DNA of 63,971 nucleotides, filler included, from Licmophora abbreviata (Eukaryota), in the NCBI GenBank assembly GCA_900291995.1. It is 11 parts of 11 records of this genome, joined end to end, with 100 filler letters (N's around TTAATTAATTAA, not from the genome) between each part and the next. Parts side by side here need not be neighbours in the genome. Positions count along the whole stretch, not along the records: positions 1 to 20,835 come from OLMU01004474.1; positions 20,936 to 30,175 come from OLMU01004475.1; 9 more parts are not named here. One strand, given 5' to 3'. The position numbers and the translations under genes were made by a program. This document shows, one piece after another, positions 13,212 to 25,937 of the stretch. The notes beneath the pieces are model-generated. The model saw only the letters and a program-made list of their open reading frames with translations. It ran no database searches and was not told the DNA's origin. How positions within the stretch are numbered: position 1 is the stretch's first letter; each line of letters starts with the position of its first letter.

Positions 13212-13577
13212 GGAGGAAGTACAGAATTGCTAATACATATTGCTTTCACTTGTAAATAAGTTATCTTGGGCACATTACCTCTGGAAGCACACTCTTTCGA
13301 ATAAATTCTTGTACTTGAGAAAATCCTTCGCTGTCAGGCATGAGAAGCACACGAACCGGCGATTCGATTCGTCCTGTCAAAGGCCGATGCTGTTATAATT
13401 CGCCGATGAATTCTAGACGCAAGGCCATTGCAGATCATGTATCCTTCTGCAAATTTAGTCACGAATTGTTGCGTCACAAGTCGTGGCGCGCCAACAGAAA
13501 CGTGTCTCCACGCGTCAGAAACCATTTCAACCATCAACAGTGGCGACACAAAGGATCGTTCCAGAAGGACGGCGAGC

Positions 13578-14348
13578 ATGAATCGCCCTGTGAGGCTTAC
13601 CTTCCTCTTTATCCTGCAACTATGTGGGTTTGTGATTGCACAACAAGCTCCTGTCGCACTCCTCCACAAAGCGGTCGAATTCGTGAAGCAGAACGATGTC
13701 GATCCGGGTCCTACTTTGGAGCAGCTTCAAGCAGGAAATATCCACACGCTCTACCAAGTAGCCAAGTCCATGAACGCTGTAGACCCCATAACCTCTACTC
13801 AGATATGGCAACAACTCGCTGATGACAACCATATACTCTCCCAGGTAGCCCTTGGGTTCGCGTACTCGGAAGAGGACATACCGCGTGCGATTGCCTATTT
13901 TGTGCAGGCTGGTGAGAATGGACCACATCAAGCTGCCTTGTTCAACGCAGGCCGGTTGCTGGTAGAAATGCTTGACTTTCCAAAGGCCCTGGCGTACATG
14001 AGAGCTGCAGCTACGCTTGACTCAGAATATGCCTCGCCAGCGTTGACCGAAACATGCCGAGAAGGGTATCAGCAGCTCTCGCAGCAGATCGTGCAATTAC
14101 AGCATTTGCCGTTGCAAGATGCGGCAGACCTGTTCTTGTATGCGTCTCTGACGGACTTTCCAACACCAAAAAGCAAAGAAGAGAAGACGTGGGCGAGGGC
14201 TATGAAGGCGCTGCAGGCGGACAATCCAAAGGAAGCAAGCAAGCAGCTGGAAAAGCTTCAGGGCAACAAGAACTTGTCGGCGCTACAAGTCCACGCGCTG
14301 AAAACGCTTCAGGCGCATGTCGCTCAAACTATCAATTCTGAGCTGTAG
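13578..14348 (+). CDS. Secreted/ER Sel1/TPR-like helical repeat protein
   Basis: Hydrophobic N-terminus MNRPVRLTFLFILQLCGFVIA; SQVALGFAY...AIAYFVQAGE and ALFNAGRLL...ALAYMRAAA Sel1-like units; ends in NSEL (possible ER-retention variant). Confidence 0.6.
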   Translation: MNRPVRLTFLFILQLCGFVIAQQAPVALLHKAVEFVKQNDVDPGPTLEQLQAGNIHTLYQVAKSMNAVDPITSTQIWQQLADDNHILSQVALGFAYSEEDIPRAIAYFVQAGENGPHQAALFNAGRLLVEMLDFPKALAYMRAAATLDSEYASPALTETCREGYQQLSQQIVQLQHLPLQDAADLFLYASLTDFPTPKSKEEKTWARAMKALQADNPKEASKQLEKLQGNKNLSALQVHALKTLQAHVAQTINSEL

Positions 14349-14780
14349 CGATATTTTGATTCACCCCCATATCTCTTTCTTTCTCTACGCTCGAATTGCT
14401 TGATCGGTTAATGCCTACAATCATCGCGTACCTCTCAACCGATGTCTACGGAAGCAGGGAGCGCACCCCCTATCACCGTACGCGGTAGTCTATACTCCAA
14501 AGTCTTTCTCTGGGTTAAGAATACCATCCACTGAGAGGGCTCTTTATTGCCAGTCCGGTGCGGACTACTCGTAAACACCAACCATCCCGACTGCCCAAGA
14601 AATATGAAATCACTTTCAAGTATCGTACGAGCTCCTCACAGGACAAGTGATCAAAGGGAGCTCGCATTTCGACATGCCCGTCACCCGTCATTTTCAGACC
14701 GGCGAGGTTCACAAAAAAAACTCACACAAACACACTGCACACACGAAGACCGGCACCATGACGCCGATCACCATCTTGTC

Positions 14781-16397
14781 ATGGCCAAGAGCACTCATCG
14801 AACGGTGAGCGCTTCGGATTGGAGCTACCTCTGTGAAGGAGGTCACCATGCTTTGTTTTCGTGCGATGCGAGCGATGAGCGGATCAAGGGACGTCTGCTC
14901 CGCATTCGAAAGCAGGATCTAGCTCGATCTGCCACGGTGAGGGACACATTGGAAGGGCATACCATTGAAAGAGAGGGAACAAAACAAGAGCCCCCTCAGT
15001 ACTACCTACGAGAAGTTGTGATTCCGCTGTTGAAACCTTACGTCGATCTTCCAGACAGTCTGAAGCTGAGCTGGCACTGTGTCGCAGCCTTGCGAGCTAG
15101 TGCGCTTGAGAGTGGGCGGATACCGGAAGGACGACAAGAAGACTGGAGTCCCCCCGATGACTGCACGAAGCAGTTTCCTTCCCCTGTCCAAGCGCAGTTA
15201 TTGAGAGATTATAAATCCATGGGAAGTAACCGCTCTACCCTCAGCTGTGAGATCAAGCCCAAGGCTGGTTATCGTGCATTCTCGCCACTAGTCCTACCAA
15301 AGTATCGTGCCAAGTACGGCTTCACTCGGTTTGAGATATACCAGCAGCTTCGTCTACGTGGTCGAGTATCGAAAGGATGGGAAGAAAGGTTGAGGTTGAA
15401 AGAGGAGAGCAGATATGACCCTTGCGACATGTTCTCGGAAGACTTCTGCAGAATCAAGGAATCTCTGGAATCCCTGTTTGAAGCTCCGCAGAACAATCTA
15501 CGTGTCTGGTGCGACGAAAAGCAGCTTCTCGGCTCCGGGTTGGACGAAGAATCAGGTGAAGACTTTTCCAATGCTCTCGAGTTGATATTTGGGTGTCAAG
15601 CACCTTCGACATCTCGCCGAGCGGAATTCGCCGATTCCTTGATACCAGTGTTGACGAACGTGCTACTTCATGAGACACTCCTGCCCAGGCTCTTGAAGCT
15701 TCAAAAGTTGGACGTCCTGGACGCAGATGGCGCAGTTCTGGTTTTTGATAGACTTATCGGGCTTTGTGGGAAGAACGAGGCTATTGCCTTTGTTGACACT
15801 GTCGTCGCTGCTGGAGGCGATCACACAGAGGGCACCGTCCCTTTGCTCGATCCATCACCATTCCAGACACCTCATGACTGTTCGGCTTTGCTTGATCTGT
15901 GTCAGACGATTACCGCTTTTGCTGAAAAGCTATCCTTTCGCAATGAAGGAATGGATGTGACGGAAATGGATGAAGCTCGCTCTACCGCCGTTCGTCAACT
16001 TGGTGCCTTGCCTGCGGATTCATGCCGCTATCTTCTACAGAACTGGCTTCTCTCGCTTGTCATGTGTGACGTGAGCTTCTTCATTGCCATTTCACCCGTG
16101 GCGTCAGACTTGGACTTGGCTGACCAAGGTATTGACGTAGACGGTCTTTCATCGTGCGGGCAGCAAGGAGATATTTTGGTGAGGGCGCAAGAAGCCAGCG
16201 CTCCCGGCGTCATTGTCTGGTATGGAAACGACATCGACTGCTCTCAAGAGACTAGTACGGGTGGGAGGAGGGACGTCAAACGAATGTGGACCTACACGCT
16301 CAGGGTTGTGGACTGTGACCAGAAGTCTGCTGGCAAACTGACTACACGACGAAAGAAAGAAGAACCGATTCTTTTCTTTGAACCTACGCCCCGCTGA
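14781..16397 (+). CDS. IPK1: Inositol-pentakisphosphate 2-kinase
   Basis: Family motifs WSYLCEGGHH, CEIKPKAG, YDPCDMFS, PQNNLRVW, LVMCDVSFFI, VVDCDQKS. Start codon is uncertain (ORF opens at 14547). Confidence 0.8.
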   Translation: MAKSTHRTVSASDWSYLCEGGHHALFSCDASDERIKGRLLRIRKQDLARSATVRDTLEGHTIEREGTKQEPPQYYLREVVIPLLKPYVDLPDSLKLSWHCVAALRASALESGRIPEGRQEDWSPPDDCTKQFPSPVQAQLLRDYKSMGSNRSTLSCEIKPKAGYRAFSPLVLPKYRAKYGFTRFEIYQQLRLRGRVSKGWEERLRLKEESRYDPCDMFSEDFCRIKESLESLFEAPQNNLRVWCDEKQLLGSGLDEESGEDFSNALELIFGCQAPSTSRRAEFADSLIPVLTNVLLHETLLPRLLKLQKLDVLDADGAVLVFDRLIGLCGKNEAIAFVDTVVAAGGDHTEGTVPLLDPSPFQTPHDCSALLDLCQTITAFAEKLSFRNEGMDVTEMDEARSTAVRQLGALPADSCRYLLQNWLLSLVMCDVSFFIAISPVASDLDLADQGIDVDGLSSCGQQGDILVRAQEASAPGVIVWYGNDIDCSQETSTGGRRDVKRMWTYTLRVVDCDQKSAGKLTTRRKKEEPILFFEPTPR

Positions 16398-16423
16398 ATG
16401 GATGTGTGTTGCGCATGGTCTCC

Positions 16424-19400
16424 CTACTTGATTTCCAGAGTCATCTTGACATTCATTCCAGCGAGCTCGTTCGCCAGATAGCGATAGACATATGGTAGAA
16501 TGAGTGGTTCGACACTCTCGTCGCTGGCACCCTCGCGTTGTACAGCATCCCGACATTTCGGGTTGCGACAATAAAAACGAAGCCGAGCCTTGTGCATAAT
16601 GTCGGCAGCACTCTGCCCTGCAGAAAGTACAGTGCTTCGCTCGGTTGTCGGGGAGAGGAGGTCACCGCATCGTCGGCAGGCATATGCCACATGCTTGTCA
16701 CTGCAGTTCATGAGACGATCGTGGAGCAGGAAAGCGGCTCCATGACTGAGAAGAGAATCACGTTCCATCTCGCCTAGACGAATTCCTCCTCCTTTCTTTC
16801 GACCCTAACAACGTCCGGAAAAAGAAACGCTCAGAGTTAAATCCCAATTCGACAACGTACCGGTGTCCACACCTTCTTCTACAAGACATGAAATGAAACG
16901 TACCTTGATTGGTTGGCGCGTGAGTGGGTTTGTAGGGCCAGTTGAACGAACCTGGTATTTATCGTGTACCATGTGACGAAGCCTCTGATAGTATACAACT
17001 CCAATGTAGAGGTCCGCGTGCATCAAACAGCCAGAGACACCACTATACAGCGGCTCACTTCCGTAGTAGTTGTAACCTGCCATCTGTAGCTGTTCGCCAA
17101 AGTAGTCAACTGCAATCTTGTCGCCCGACTCGTGGAACGAGAATGGTGTTGCATCCTACGTGAGAACACGACGGGGACGCCAAATCGTGGTGAGATCTTG
17201 CCGCGTATCAGCACATTTGCACTCGCCAACGAGACAATTTTCTTACCTGGAAATTTCCATGGAGAGCGCCACTCTTTCCAGCCATGCTTTCGATCAGCAT
17301 ACCAATAGTCATTCGACTAGGGAACGCGTGTGGGTTGATGAGAACATCAGGTGAGATTCCACTCTCGCTGAAGGGCATATCCTCCTGTGGCCACACAATG
17401 CTGAGTACCCCCTTCTGACCGTGTCGACTCGAAAACTTGTCTCCGATTACAGGATTTCTCGGATATCGGAGCGTGACGGATACCTTATTTTCAGCCTTCT
17501 TGTCGCCACCAGACCCGAGCCCTCGAACTGTCTGCACGTAAGCACGCTCTTTCTCGCGATGCCGTCCGATTTTATCCTTGCCACTGAGTTCATCGACGAC
17601 GCAGTAAAGAGGGTCACCCTCATTGATGGGAGACCCGACCTCAGGAAGGCCGTCCTCTCCAAGTGATGGGTATAACAGCTCTCCATGGCGATCCTTCTTG
17701 TTGGCAAAGCGCAGTCGAGGGTCCTCCCCTTTCATGGATGCTCCAACGTGCTTCGCTTCATCTTCGAGATCAATCTTAAGTGTCTTGTACACTGATGCGT
17801 GACCAAAACCTCGGTTGAACGAGCCCTTATTGAGGATCATTGCATCCTCCATATCAAAGCCGGTGTAGCTTAGTACAGCAACAACTGCATTCGTTCCGTT
17901 CGGATACTCGTCCATCTTGAATTCTCCGTGTCGCTTTGTTTGGACTACTGGGGCTTGTGGATTCTGCAATCTGTACATCTTATTGTCCGTCCGGAATGGT
18001 ATGGAGTGACAAGGAGTTCCCATCGTTTGCTTGCCCATCTGGCATTGGTACATGTTGCGAGGGCTCTGATTGTAGTCGGAGAAAGGTGTCAAGCTGGAGA
18101 TCAAACTGAGCATGTTCGTTGTATCTAGTTCCTGGTGGGTGGTAACCCCTTCTCGAACGTCCTCGTCAAGACACGCGATGTCCAAGAATGGTTGCTCCAT
18201 CGGACCGATCATTTCTGTACGTCCAGTGGATCGGTGAACCACAGGCCGAACCAAACGAGCTGCTCCCGTGAAAAGATAAAGCCCTGGGTAAGGGCCTCCA
18301 TGAGCACCTAAGCAACATGGAAAAGGGCACGTGATCGTGTGAGCTAAGAGGAAAGACAAAAAAGTGGACGGAAGACGTTTTTGCCCTTACCAGCAGGGAT
18401 CAAAGCAATCTCAAGCGTCGGTGGAACACCCGGATTCTCGGAAACTTTCAATGCCCGAAGGTGCGCTGCTATCGACTTGCACATCTTTGGTGACGCACTC
18501 CCAGCCACTCTCCCTTCGATGCACACTGGTAGGTGAGAGTGAGTGGAGGCCGCACGGCCATCTCCACTTTTTCCTCCGGCACCAACCGGGGCGACACCGA
18601 GCGAGACGAGAAGATCATCTAGATCCACCATCGAGTCCCCGGCAGGGTTCACAGGATACGCGAGTGCAGAGCACTTGAGAGCTAGATGACTCAGAAGACC
18701 GCAAGGCCCGCCATCAGGCGTGTGAACAGGGCACAGGAAGCCCCACTGGTCAGGGAGAAGCTTTCGAACTGATGTCGTCTTCATTTGCATGAAAAATTGG
18801 CCACGGTGGACTGAGCGAAAATGTGCGCAGTATCGCAGAAAGTTGAGCTTCTCGGCCACGATCGTGTAGCCCGAGACCTGCATGAGATCCAATCCAGTCG
18901 ATGAAATGATATTCCCTGTTGACAAGAAGTGTTGCACTTTGTTTCCAATGCCTCCAGATGAAGCTCCTGAGTTGCGATCGACCATTCTGGACCAGAATTT
19001 AGCGTCTTGAAGGCTGCTTGACAATTTTGCGAAATCCCGTCGCATCTCTCCAATCATGCCAAGCCGGACAGCCTGAAGCATCTCCTCGAACTTTTCCTTC
19101 ACAAAGGCACAGAACAAGTGACCTGGGAGCAGCAGCTCCTGGTTCTGAAGCGAATCTGGGTTGTCCTGACCACAATCGCCCGCAGCAAAGGCGTAGAGCT
19201 TTCGTATCAGCAGAAGAAGGCATTCCAGCTTGTCCTCGTAGTGCGGGAGATGAGTGAGAATGTAACTTTCGAAAGAAAATACGAGGGATCAGTGTCAGTT
19301 GCGAACAAAGCATTTGGATTCAGCACAGATGGATAATCAGACCCCGACAGTACTCACCGACGCAACATATAGTGACCGATCTCCACATTGCTCGTACTAT

Positions 19401-20581
19401 TTGCTCGCATGCTCAAGCTTCGAAACCTCGCTCCAATGTAAGCAAGGCATTCTTCGGGAGTGTTGAGATGACCGTATCGTGCTTTTGCGTCTTGAAGCAG
19501 CAGTTCCGCTCGAGCACGGAGGAATGTGTTTTCCCGATCGTCCTGCACGACCCGTCTATACAGCTCCTCGTCCGTGATACCGATTCTTCCTCCGCCCGCG
19601 GCCATATCTGCGTTTGCTGTTTCCGACTCATCGCCACTCAGAGCCCGGAGAATCAATATGACGGGGACCAAAAATTCTTGCTTTCGAGCAACGAACTTGA
19701 GCATTACACCACCCGTCGTGAGATAGTGTATCGTGTTTGTGATACTCGACTGGTCTCCACAGTGACGAGCGGAACGGATCGCCACTGCAAGATCAGTGTA
19801 GGTCGGGCCGCGATCTTTGTAGCTGGATCGTTGAATTGCCATTGCGTGATTACGACGTGGCACCTGTAGCAACCTCACACACCGCTCGATACCGCTGACG
19901 ATGAAGTAGCCTCCAAACTCATTATGCTGTGAGAGGGTACACACACAAGTTAGCATCAAGTCGATACAGAATAGAAGCGACGCATCGGACGAGCTAAACA
20001 CGCACCTCTTCTCGCATAGCCACCAGCTCCGTTGGCGTTTTCCCCTTCAAATGACAAGACTTGCTCATCACCATTATGGGCATGTTCCCAAACGATTTCT
20101 GAACACGGTTGATCCGTGCAGACGGAATCCTGACGCCATTCCGGTGTTGAACCACCTCCCAACAAAACTCGCCCGTCATCGGGCCCGAGTACACGAGCCC
20201 AAGCTCCCGACATTCTCGGGGACATAGTCGGCCTCCTCCTCTGCTTTCTTTGGCTACTGGGGACTTGAATGGAGCTTTTATATGGACGTTCTCGACCCAG
20301 AAGCGAACAGTATCCACATCACCCGAGCTGCCATCAACACTGACTCGCGGATCCATCACATCCAGCTCCGACGGGACAATGTCACGAATGCCCCGCTCCA
20401 AACCTTCTTCGAGAAAATAGTCAAAACTTTCGACGTGCGGTTTGGAGAGCAGACGGAGCCGCTCCACGTCCTCCACAGCCGGAACATGGCCCCGACGGAA
20501 AGATGGGCACGTCTCCTTGATGGGAGGGGCAGATAATTTCGACGTCTTTCGAGTCTTCGTCTTTCTAGTACGAGACGCCAT
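16424..20581 (-). CDS. RPA2: RNA polymerase I second-largest subunit, multi-exon
   Basis: [116 protein letters not shown]. Confidence 0.97.
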
Positions 20582-20835
20582 TCTCAGGGCGTCTTCAGAT
20601 GCTAATGGATCCTCGGAGCTGTTTCAACGATGATATCCACCGAAAGAACATTTACAGCATCGGCAATAGAGGTGGGCAACAGTTCGTTTGACTGCGGTTC
20701 AAATTGTGGGCGAAAGAAAAAATCCAATGGCGACGGCGATACAGTTTCCCGCCAAATTGTACAAATTCTGTCGACTGCGTAGAAATGTACTTCAAAAACG
20801 ACTCGAAAGGAATCTCAAAATCGATTTCTCCCTCC

Positions 20836-20935
20836 NNNNNNNNNNNNNNNNNNNNNNNNNNNNNNNNNNNNNNNNNNNNTTAATTAATTAANNNNNNNNN
20901 NNNNNNNNNNNNNNNNNNNNNNNNNNNNNNNNNNN
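20836..20935. other. Artificial contig spacer N44-TTAATTAATTAA-N44 (also at 30176-30275, 32846-32945, 34592-34691, 37435-37534, 42368-42467, 50384-50483, 55350-55449, 59260-59359, 61545-61644)
   Basis: Ten identical 100-nt blocks whose core puts stop codons in all six frames. Confidence 0.99.
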
Positions 20936-20994
20936 TTCTATCTCTACGCAATTCTCTCATTAGCAATACTTCCGTCTTGCCATGAGCAACGTGA

Positions 20995-22548
20995 CTACGA
21001 CCATCCCAACTTCGTACCGCACAACGACTCGAGCTCCTTCACCGAGTCTGAGAACAGACCCGAGAGCCTGACTTTTTCACTGCGTGTTGGTTCCAGGCAA
21101 GCGCGAAGCTGATTAACGCTGGCGTTTCTGTGTACAGAACGATTTACATGATAGTCGGAGGATAGATTGTCCCGTAGTTTCGGCATCTCCTTCGGGTTCC
21201 GGGCATCTGTCTGGTCGACCAGCGATTCGAGGGTCGTTTGCAGCTTGATGTCGTCACGGAGAAACCCCAAGGGCACCACATTGACATATCGTAATCGAGA
21301 TGTTGCAGGAGCTGCGGTATTCTCACGAGGATTCCCTGCGGGAAAGGAATCCGCAAAGACTCGTTCATAGCGCTTTATGTTCTCTGCGAAGCAACCGTTG
21401 CGACCGATCCCCGATAGCTGCCCGCCGGGCCACGTCATGGCCCAGCTTGGTAGATTCCCCGTGCCACCACAATCATTCTGATACAGTTCTTCTGACTTCC
21501 TATACAACTCGCGTACCTTGTCTGACGAGGAAAAGTCAAGGGCATCCCCAATGGTTCGCGGCGGGTACCGAGCCGACCGCAGTTCTGCATTCCACTCGTT
21601 CAGTCCCATCCCTTCTCCCCTGACAAGTAAAGAGCAGTGTCCTATGAGTGTGAGAAGAAATGTCGCATAGGCAGCCTGCTCTCGAGAATCAAAGAGCAGA
21701 CAGACTCACCATAGCATGGCATGGTTCTCATATCTCCACCAACTCAGAGCTTGATCCAGCGGGTTCCGGACGCACGCAACAAGCACTGGTGGGGACTGAC
21801 CCGCATCTCGATAAGCCTTGGCGATCATATACGGCACCGCCGGATTGGTGAGATACTGAGCGCATCCATCATACGTAAAGAACGGTTTGCGAAGAATGTG
21901 CCAACAAAACCACTTGACAATGTACAATGGAAAGCACATGCGGTAGTAATCCGGGCTTGCAGACCCCAAGTAATGCCCAACAAAGTAGAACGTCTCCTTA
22001 CGATCCAGCTCGGGGTGTTTCCACAAGCAGAATGGCTCGACACAACCCTCCAGAGTGGCCAAGTGCTGACATAGGGTCGTCGTCCCACATCGAACTTCGC
22101 CCAAGACCAGTATGTCGGGCAGTACACGAAAGCGGGCTGTGGCATACCGAAAGAGAATTTCCAACGGCCTTAGGAGGGCCAAGTGTACAGAAAAGGATGG
22201 AAGGCATTCAATCAATGTCTGCGGGAGTTTGCGGTTGAAAATGGTCGTCACAGAATGCCGATAGATCTTAATCAGGAGCGTATAGCCTGCCGCGCACGTC
22301 AAGCACGATAGACTTAGAATCCCACACGAGAGGTATTGCAAGCCCCTCTGGTGGTGCGTGTCGGAGACTCCCGAAAACGCGGCGACGTGCACGAACGCGT
22401 GAAAGAGCACGAAGAGTGTCAACTGTGGCAGTCGCTGGCCATTCCATGCCGACAAGGTGATTTGCCAAAGCAAAGTCGTCAGAGCTGCCCCTACGTCCTT
22501 GAGAGATGCTGTAGAACAATCGCTGTGCACCACCATGCTTCTAACCAC
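20995..22548 (-). CDS. Membrane-anchored sulfotransferase-family protein (intron 21620-21709; 5' end uncertain)
   Basis: PAPS-binding-like motifs LPDILVLGEVRCGTTTL, KETFYF and VRNPLDQALSWWRY; N-terminal hydrophobic helices. Confidence 0.75.
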
Positions 22549-22927
22549 AAGCTAGACCTCAACAGGACCGACATGCAGCCACAAAAGAGTACGAAGGCCG
22601 CGGAACATCATGATGGTGACTAATACAGCACCACATAGGCACAGTGCACACAGCGCTTCGAGGTTGTTCTTTTGGCGCGCCTCCGCAGTACGAGTCGCGC
22701 GCGGCCTATCGGAACGCGCTGAGTTAAAAGACCTGATTGTCGATGTGGTCTGCACTAACGGGTATCATACCAGGCACCAGGGTACATACATAGAGCTGGT
22801 TAGGTGAGCTTGTGAGAAATGCCTCAACCTCCATGTTCTAAAGACACACGCAGTTGTACGAGACAGTAGTCTAGAGTGGAATCGAAAAGTAGCAAGCAAC
22901 CCTGCACGACTTCAACCGGAAGCAGCT

Positions 22928-23608
22928 CTACAATTTTGCTAGCATCTCATCCAACTGTCCACTGTCAGCGAGCGGTAGCAGACCAGGCCCGTCGTTACAA
23001 CCACCGATATAGTTTCCTCCAATAAAAATAGATGGGACAGAGGTTCTTTTCGTCCGTCTGCCCAATACTGCACGAATTTCATTCCCTTTGTTTCCATCCA
23101 GTTCGTCCAGCTCGATTGACTCATAGGAGACGCCCTTCTCGTTCAAAACGTCCTTTGCTCTTCGACAGAATGGACATGTTGTAAAGGAAAACATGGCGAC
23201 ATTGTTCTCATTAATAAATGAATCCACCGTGGCTCCCACTTCGCCTTCATCAAAATCACCTGCCACAATATCAGCAATCCACTGTTTGAAACGGTAGCCC
23301 AATGGATTCGATGCCACGGCTTCGGAAAACTGATTGGCAGCAGACTTCTGCTCACTCCACTCCATAGGCTCCCCGAGTCGTCCTTGTTCATCCGTCACAG
23401 AGCTTGCATTGACTCTATCATTCTCCAACTTGAACAAGGCCGTGGCAATTTGGTCCAGTATCGGCCGTTTCATCTGTTGGAGACATAAGTTTCTTTGAAG
23501 TTTCTGCTCCGGGGTTTTCAACACGAAAGCTTCCACATAGTCGGTGAGGATCAAAACCAGTACCGGTAATAGAATCAACCGCGACGGTAGTACAATCGCC
23601 GTCATCAT
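22928..23608 (-). CDS. Glutaredoxin (CPFC type), probably plastid-targeted
   Basis: FSFTTCPFCRRAK, RTSVPSIFIGGNYIGGCND; N-terminal signal peptide ending VEA|F. Confidence 0.9.
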   Translation of the reverse strand: MMTAIVLPSRLILLPVLVLILTDYVEAFVLKTPEQKLQRNLCLQQMKRPILDQIATALFKLENDRVNASSVTDEQGRLGEPMEWSEQKSAANQFSEAVASNPLGYRFKQWIADIVAGDFDEGEVGATVDSFINENNVAMFSFTTCPFCRRAKDVLNEKGVSYESIELDELDGNKGNEIRAVLGRRTKRTSVPSIFIGGNYIGGCNDGPGLLPLADSGQLDEMLAKL

Positions 23609-23932
23609 CTTGAACTGACCAGCAAGAACAATCAATCAATCGTCGCCCGTCCTCGGGACGACAGACATGAATGTGAATGCGACCGACCGTCGACCGCACA
23701 TCCCGGAGCGTCTGGTCGTCCCCCGCCAGAGCGGATATCGTTGGCTCTCGTGACGTCATGTGTATATTTTATATACAGAAGCGAGCAATGGATTTCAAAT
23801 GGCAAATCTTTTTTGGATCGGTCTTCAACCTCCACACGTACAGCGTGGTACAAAATCTACGATAACCAGTTTTGAGAGCATACGTAGGCGGGTCGATGAG
23901 ACAACTAGCACAAGAGTGAAAGTAATAGGACC

Positions 23933-24672
23933 ATGATGAAGTTTGCTATCGTCGCCTCCCTTTTCGCCTCTGCGGCGGCGTTCGCCCCTGCTTCCACTGG
24001 AGGTATGTCGATTTTATGGAGAGCGCCGTTGAGCGAAAACTGTTGATCCGCAAATGCAAGCCGTGTCTCACGTCGATATCTTGTTTGTTCTGTCGTCCTG
24101 TCCCTCTTCTGATTTCAGCTGGCAAGTCGGTCACGGCACTCAATGCCGAAAAGAGTCCTGCGCTCCCCTTTCTCCCATACCCAGAGAGTGTGAGGGGATA
24201 CGTTGGTGATGAGGTCGCCTTCGATCCCCTGGGACTCTCTGAATACTTCCCTATGGATTTCCTCCGGGAGGCAGAGTTGAAGCATTGCCGCATTGCCATG
24301 TTGGGCATTGCTGGATTCGTTGCCGTCGACCTTGGCGCCCGGATCTACCCCCTTCCCACTGAGTGGGAAGGTCTGACCGCAGTCACTGCCCACGACAAGC
24401 TCGTTGAGTTCGGAGCCTTGGGAAACATCGCTCTCTTTGTTAGTATTTTCGAGATGGTGTCGTGGATTAGTGTGGCCCAGATGCTTCAGGGATCAGGACG
24501 CGAGCCTGGTGACTTTGGCTTCGACCCTGCTGGCTTCCTCAAAAACAAATCGGATGATCAGGTCAGGCTTATGAAGTACAAGGAGCTAAAGAACGGACGT
24601 ATTGCCATGATGGCATTCGGTGGTGCCGTCACGCAATCTGTCCTCAACGACACTGGCTTCCCTTACTTCTAG
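23933..24672 (+). CDS. Light-harvesting complex protein, Lhcr-like (intron 24003-24118)
   Basis: MMKFAIVASLFASAAAFAP signal; SPALPFL, FDPLGL, REAELKHCRIAML, PGDFGFDP, KELKNGRIAM. Confidence 0.95.
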
Positions 24673-25054
24673 AGGTAAAACAATACAAAGTACTCGCAAT
24701 TCTACACTGTTAGAAAACAGCTTCTATTCACTAGCTAGGGTCTCAGGCCTTTGAGTATGTACGGGGGTGTAATCACTACCCTCGGTGAACTATCAATGCA
24801 CTCCGTGGACAATCACATACAATACAGACCTCCCGAAATGAGCCTATATGTAGGTTGACGGAGCTCCTCCGAGGATATTCTCCCCCGCGGGTACGTGATA
24901 TCATATCTCACCACATAACTAGAGCTAGCTTATATGTTTGACAAAGTAGCTTGCTATGCTAACAATATGTGCGAAAGGAAACCACGGTTCCCTTGAGGTC
25001 CAGCGAGCCATTTAGATCCCAAGGGCGAGCTACATTTCCTATTTCAACCGGTTC

Positions 25055-25937
25055 TTAAACATATGGGAACGGTCCCTGAGTAAGAACGGCTTGAGTGACA
25101 ACTCCGGAGAAAGCAAGCATAGCCAGGCGTCCGTTTTTCAGTTCCTTCAACTCCATCTCTGCAACCTTCTCGTCCGACTTGCCCTTGAGAAAACCAACGG
25201 GGTCAAGGCCGAAGTCACCAGGCTTGCGTCCAGATCCATTTAGCGTCTGGATAACCGCAACTGTACTGAGGGTTTCGGCAAGAGAGATCCAGAGAAGGAT
25301 CTGTCCCAGTCCTCCTTGTTCGACGGCGGCATCGTGGGCCTGAGCGGAGGAAAGACCAGCGAGGCCCTCGGGCGCAGGGAGCACGGCCAATCCAAGGTCG
25401 ACGGCAACATATCCAGTCCATGCCAACATTGCCATGCGGCAATGCTTGAGTTCTGCCTCCCGGAGGAAGTCCATCGGAGCAAAATCAGAGAATCGGAACG
25501 GGTCGAAGCCTGCTTCCTCTCCAGCATAGCCCTTCAGGTTCTCAGGGTAAGGGAGGAAAGGCAGAGCCTTGCTCATTTCCGCATTGAGGGCTGTGGAGGA
25601 CTTGCCCGCTGAAGGAAAAGAGGGGACGAAAGCGACGGCATGTCAGTCAAAATTTCCGGCACGACAAGAAGCCATCAACAAATATGTTGCGGATCGAAAC
25701 CCAAACCTCGTCACCAAAGCCCGACGAACCGTCCTCTGGCCACTCCCATGCTACGATAGTTTACGAGCAGCTCTCCAGTATCTCGCTGTCAACAGCCGGG
25801 TTGCACATCCGTTTTTGTCAGTTTCTCGATTTCCAGATCCCAAACTCTTCCGACCACACCTCCTACATACCACTGAGCGAAGCAGGAGCGAAAGCCGAAG
25901 CGGCTCCAATAAGCGATGCAAGAACGGCGACCTTCAT
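25055..25937 (-). CDS. Light-harvesting complex protein, Lhcr-like (intron 25609-25870)
   Basis: MKVAVLASLIGAASAFAP; MSKALPFL, REAELKHCRMAML, KELKNGRLAML. Confidence 0.95.

Noticed and set aside
25640..25715. GTGACGA...CTGA on the minus strand in the Lhcr intron
   Set aside because: The CTGA coincides with the likely branch point; weak stem and no guide match.
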